Part shown: positions 62,001-64,000 of the stretch, piece by piece
Position numbering within the stretch: the stretch's first letter is position 1
Layout: every line of letters starts with the position of its first letter
NCBI GenBank assembly: GCA_025201805.1
Contig: MU619270.1
Location: 15,037 to 79,036 of the forward strand
Source: Parasitella parasitica NRRL 2501
Lineage: Eukaryota; Fungi; Mucoromycota
Length of the DNA: 64,000 nt
Direction: 5' to 3'
Program-made: the position numbers and the translations under genes
The notes under the pieces: model-generated
Database searches by the model: none
The model's input: only the letters and a program-made list of their open reading frames with translations
Told to the model about the DNA's origin: nothing

Positions 62001-62985
62001 GTGCTCGTAGATTTCCAGTATTTTCAAAGATAAAGACTTGCTTGTTGCTTGATCTGCCATAATTATAGACTGGAGATCATGGCAATGCACTTCAATTGAA
62101 GATTGAAGTTTGTCCAATGATGTGATGTGATACGCTTGTGTAAATTGGAGAATAAAGTCTCTGTTTCAAATCAAGAAGGTTATTCCTGTAAGTAACACAG
62201 ATCTGAGCACCAGGATAAAGGTTAAAACACTGTCAGATCAAAGACGTGTAGTCCTTGTTTTATAACCTCATATCGTACCCCGTCAAGTAAATTGTCATTG
62301 TGAATTAGTCTTGTCAATTAGTAATCTAAATAAGTCACCAGAAATTTATGTAGTTGTAAAAAGTATAAATACAGATGCAATTTCGATCTTAAATGAAGTA
62401 TCTTTAAGTTTTCGTATCTCGTTAACATTTGATTTTTATTTTATCTTTTTTGATCCAACATTGCTTCTCGGTTTTGGTAAATTGACAGCCTTGATGAGAT
62501 AACAAATGTGCGCAGTTGCTCGAGACCACCAGAATCGTAAGCCTAAAGCGAATTCCAGATGTCAGTATACCACTATGAATACGCTAGATCACCATAGTTA
62601 CTGCTTTCAACCTTAATTTCAACTCTACCCACTCTTGGCTATTGTGAGCAGGGGGCAATGTCTTGTGGTTGAGAATAGCTTGAAAGTTTGTCACACCAAT
62701 TGATTGTGCTAGATGAACTTGATATGATGTGCTAATCGTGTTTACGCAGCCAGATAACAGACAGCTAGATACAAGGCATTAGAATAGAACATTCAGGAAG
62801 GAAGAAACATACATACTTCATAAAGGACTTCTCTAATGCTGACAGAGATTCAAATTGATTTATATAATCAATGCACATATTATATACAGTGCACAGTAGT
62901 CCAGATGATTCCCGTCTCTTCTGCACAGTGATTGGGGGGGGGGATATCCTTCTTCTTGTACTATAAAATAATTGTGAGTGCCTTC

Positions 62986-63306
62986 TCACTTTAATTGATC
63001 AGTAATGAAACTCACTAGTTCATATACAATTGGGGATAAAGCTTTGATGAAAGAGCTTGATTCAACGGCCATCTCGTTTCTCTTCAAAGCAGGCTTAGGT
63101 GCAGGGGCAGGCTCAGAGGCAGAGGCAGAGGCAGAGGCAGGCTCAGCAGCATTCATAGCAGAGGACATAGTTGTTGGTGTACAATACACATTGTCTATGG
63201 AATTGGCGGTGATGTTGGTATTGTACTTGATGGGTGCTGATGATGTGGATGGCTTCTGGAAATAGCGAATGTTAGCGTTCAAACTGAGGCCTGAGTCATA
63301 TGTCAA
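62986..63306 (-). pseudogene. Low-complexity ORF fragment with (GCAGAG)n / AS-EP repeats; possibly the 5' part of the decayed gene at 61.4-62 kb
   Basis: 106-aa frame ending at a possible splice donor (GTGAG); abuts the truncated transposase. Confidence 0.35.
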
Positions 63307-64000
63307 TTATGAAACTGCAAGAAAATGGAAGACGGCATACAATAAAGACCCAGAAAAGAACATCCCTCTCAAAGAAAACAAATCGCACACCAAGTAGCAA
63401 ACCTGTAAGCAGGCTGAACGACCAGCACGAGGCACATTTGATCAACTACTTTGATGAGAATCCATCCGCGATCATAAAGGACGCAGTTGAAGATCTGATA
63501 CAGAGCTTTGAAGGTTTGGATATTAAGAAAAGCCGATTCGCTGAATTCATGAAAGAGGAATGCAACCTAAACATCAAAGTTGTTACTCGACATCCTGTAG
63601 CAAGAAACAGCAAAGCAACCCTGGAAGCCCGCGCCCAGTTTGTGAAGGAATGGATATAAGAAAAAGGCATGCTGTACATGCAAAATTGTGTATTTCTGGA
63701 TGAATCAGGCTTCGATATAAACATGCGCAGATCTAGGGCTTGGTCAGCGCGTGGCACGCAGGCAGTCATAGAATCACCATCTGCGAGGGCAGTGTCTCAT
63801 ACAGTCATTGGCGCCGTCTCTGCATTTGGCGGTGTAAATGTGAGCCCAAGAGATCCAGGAAATGTCAAAAAAAAGGTTATGGGTGCTAAGAAACGAAAAG
63901 CACCTGGAGACAATGGATCTGCTATACCAAAAGGAACTACATCTGGCCATTACCTTCAGTTCATCAGCGATACCTTAGACATTATGGATGGGTTCCCCAG
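63300..64000 (+). mobile_element. Tc1/mariner (IS630-like, DDE_3) transposase pseudogene, runs off window
   Basis: VNYETARKWKTAYNKDPEKNIPLK / frameshift ~63373 / HLINYFDENPS...FMKEECNL; premature TAA 63657-63659; then NCVFLDESGFDINMRRSRAWS...SHTVIGAVSAFG...KGTTSGHYLQFISDTLDIMD. Confidence 0.9.

Noticed and set aside
1-64000. tRNA, rRNA, CRISPR arrays, and stop-readthrough PTS1 extensions
   Set aside because: None recognised. The sequences checked after stop codons do not give a TGA-CTA context or an SKL-like end.

Overview
AT-rich, intron-containing eukaryotic DNA (short GT-AG introns with CTAAC/CTGAC-type branch points). Gene content and repeat families point to an early-diverging fungus, most likely Mucorales (inference). 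About 19 intact protein-coding genes are supported: a secreted protein with two tandem beta-rich domains, a phosphorylase-kinase alpha/beta-like (GH15-fold) protein, an OSCA/TMEM63 channel, a group-III G-alpha, QCR9, IND1/NUBPL, an F-box protein, HID1, TRP2, a bacterial-type GNAT, RPS2, a membrane-anchored PHP-domain protein, a small orphan with a WWE-like domain, CK2-alpha, RFC4, BZW/5MP, FANCI, RMD1 and PDA1. There are also three N-gaps, a ~440-bp inverted repeat around the largest gap, gene-poor regions with decayed ORFs, a restriction-endonuclease-like pseudogene and a broken Tc1/mariner transposase. The most unusual observation is an ILEI/PANDER (GG-type lectin) domain inside the PhK-like protein, where animal PhK-alpha has its multiphosphorylation region. 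Other notable items are the GNAT (horizontal-transfer candidate with a Gcn4-type site like its neighbour TRP2), the PHP enzyme, the WWE-like orphan, and a FANCI apparently lacking the ATR S/TQ cluster. All family calls come from motif recognition by eye; no searches were run.
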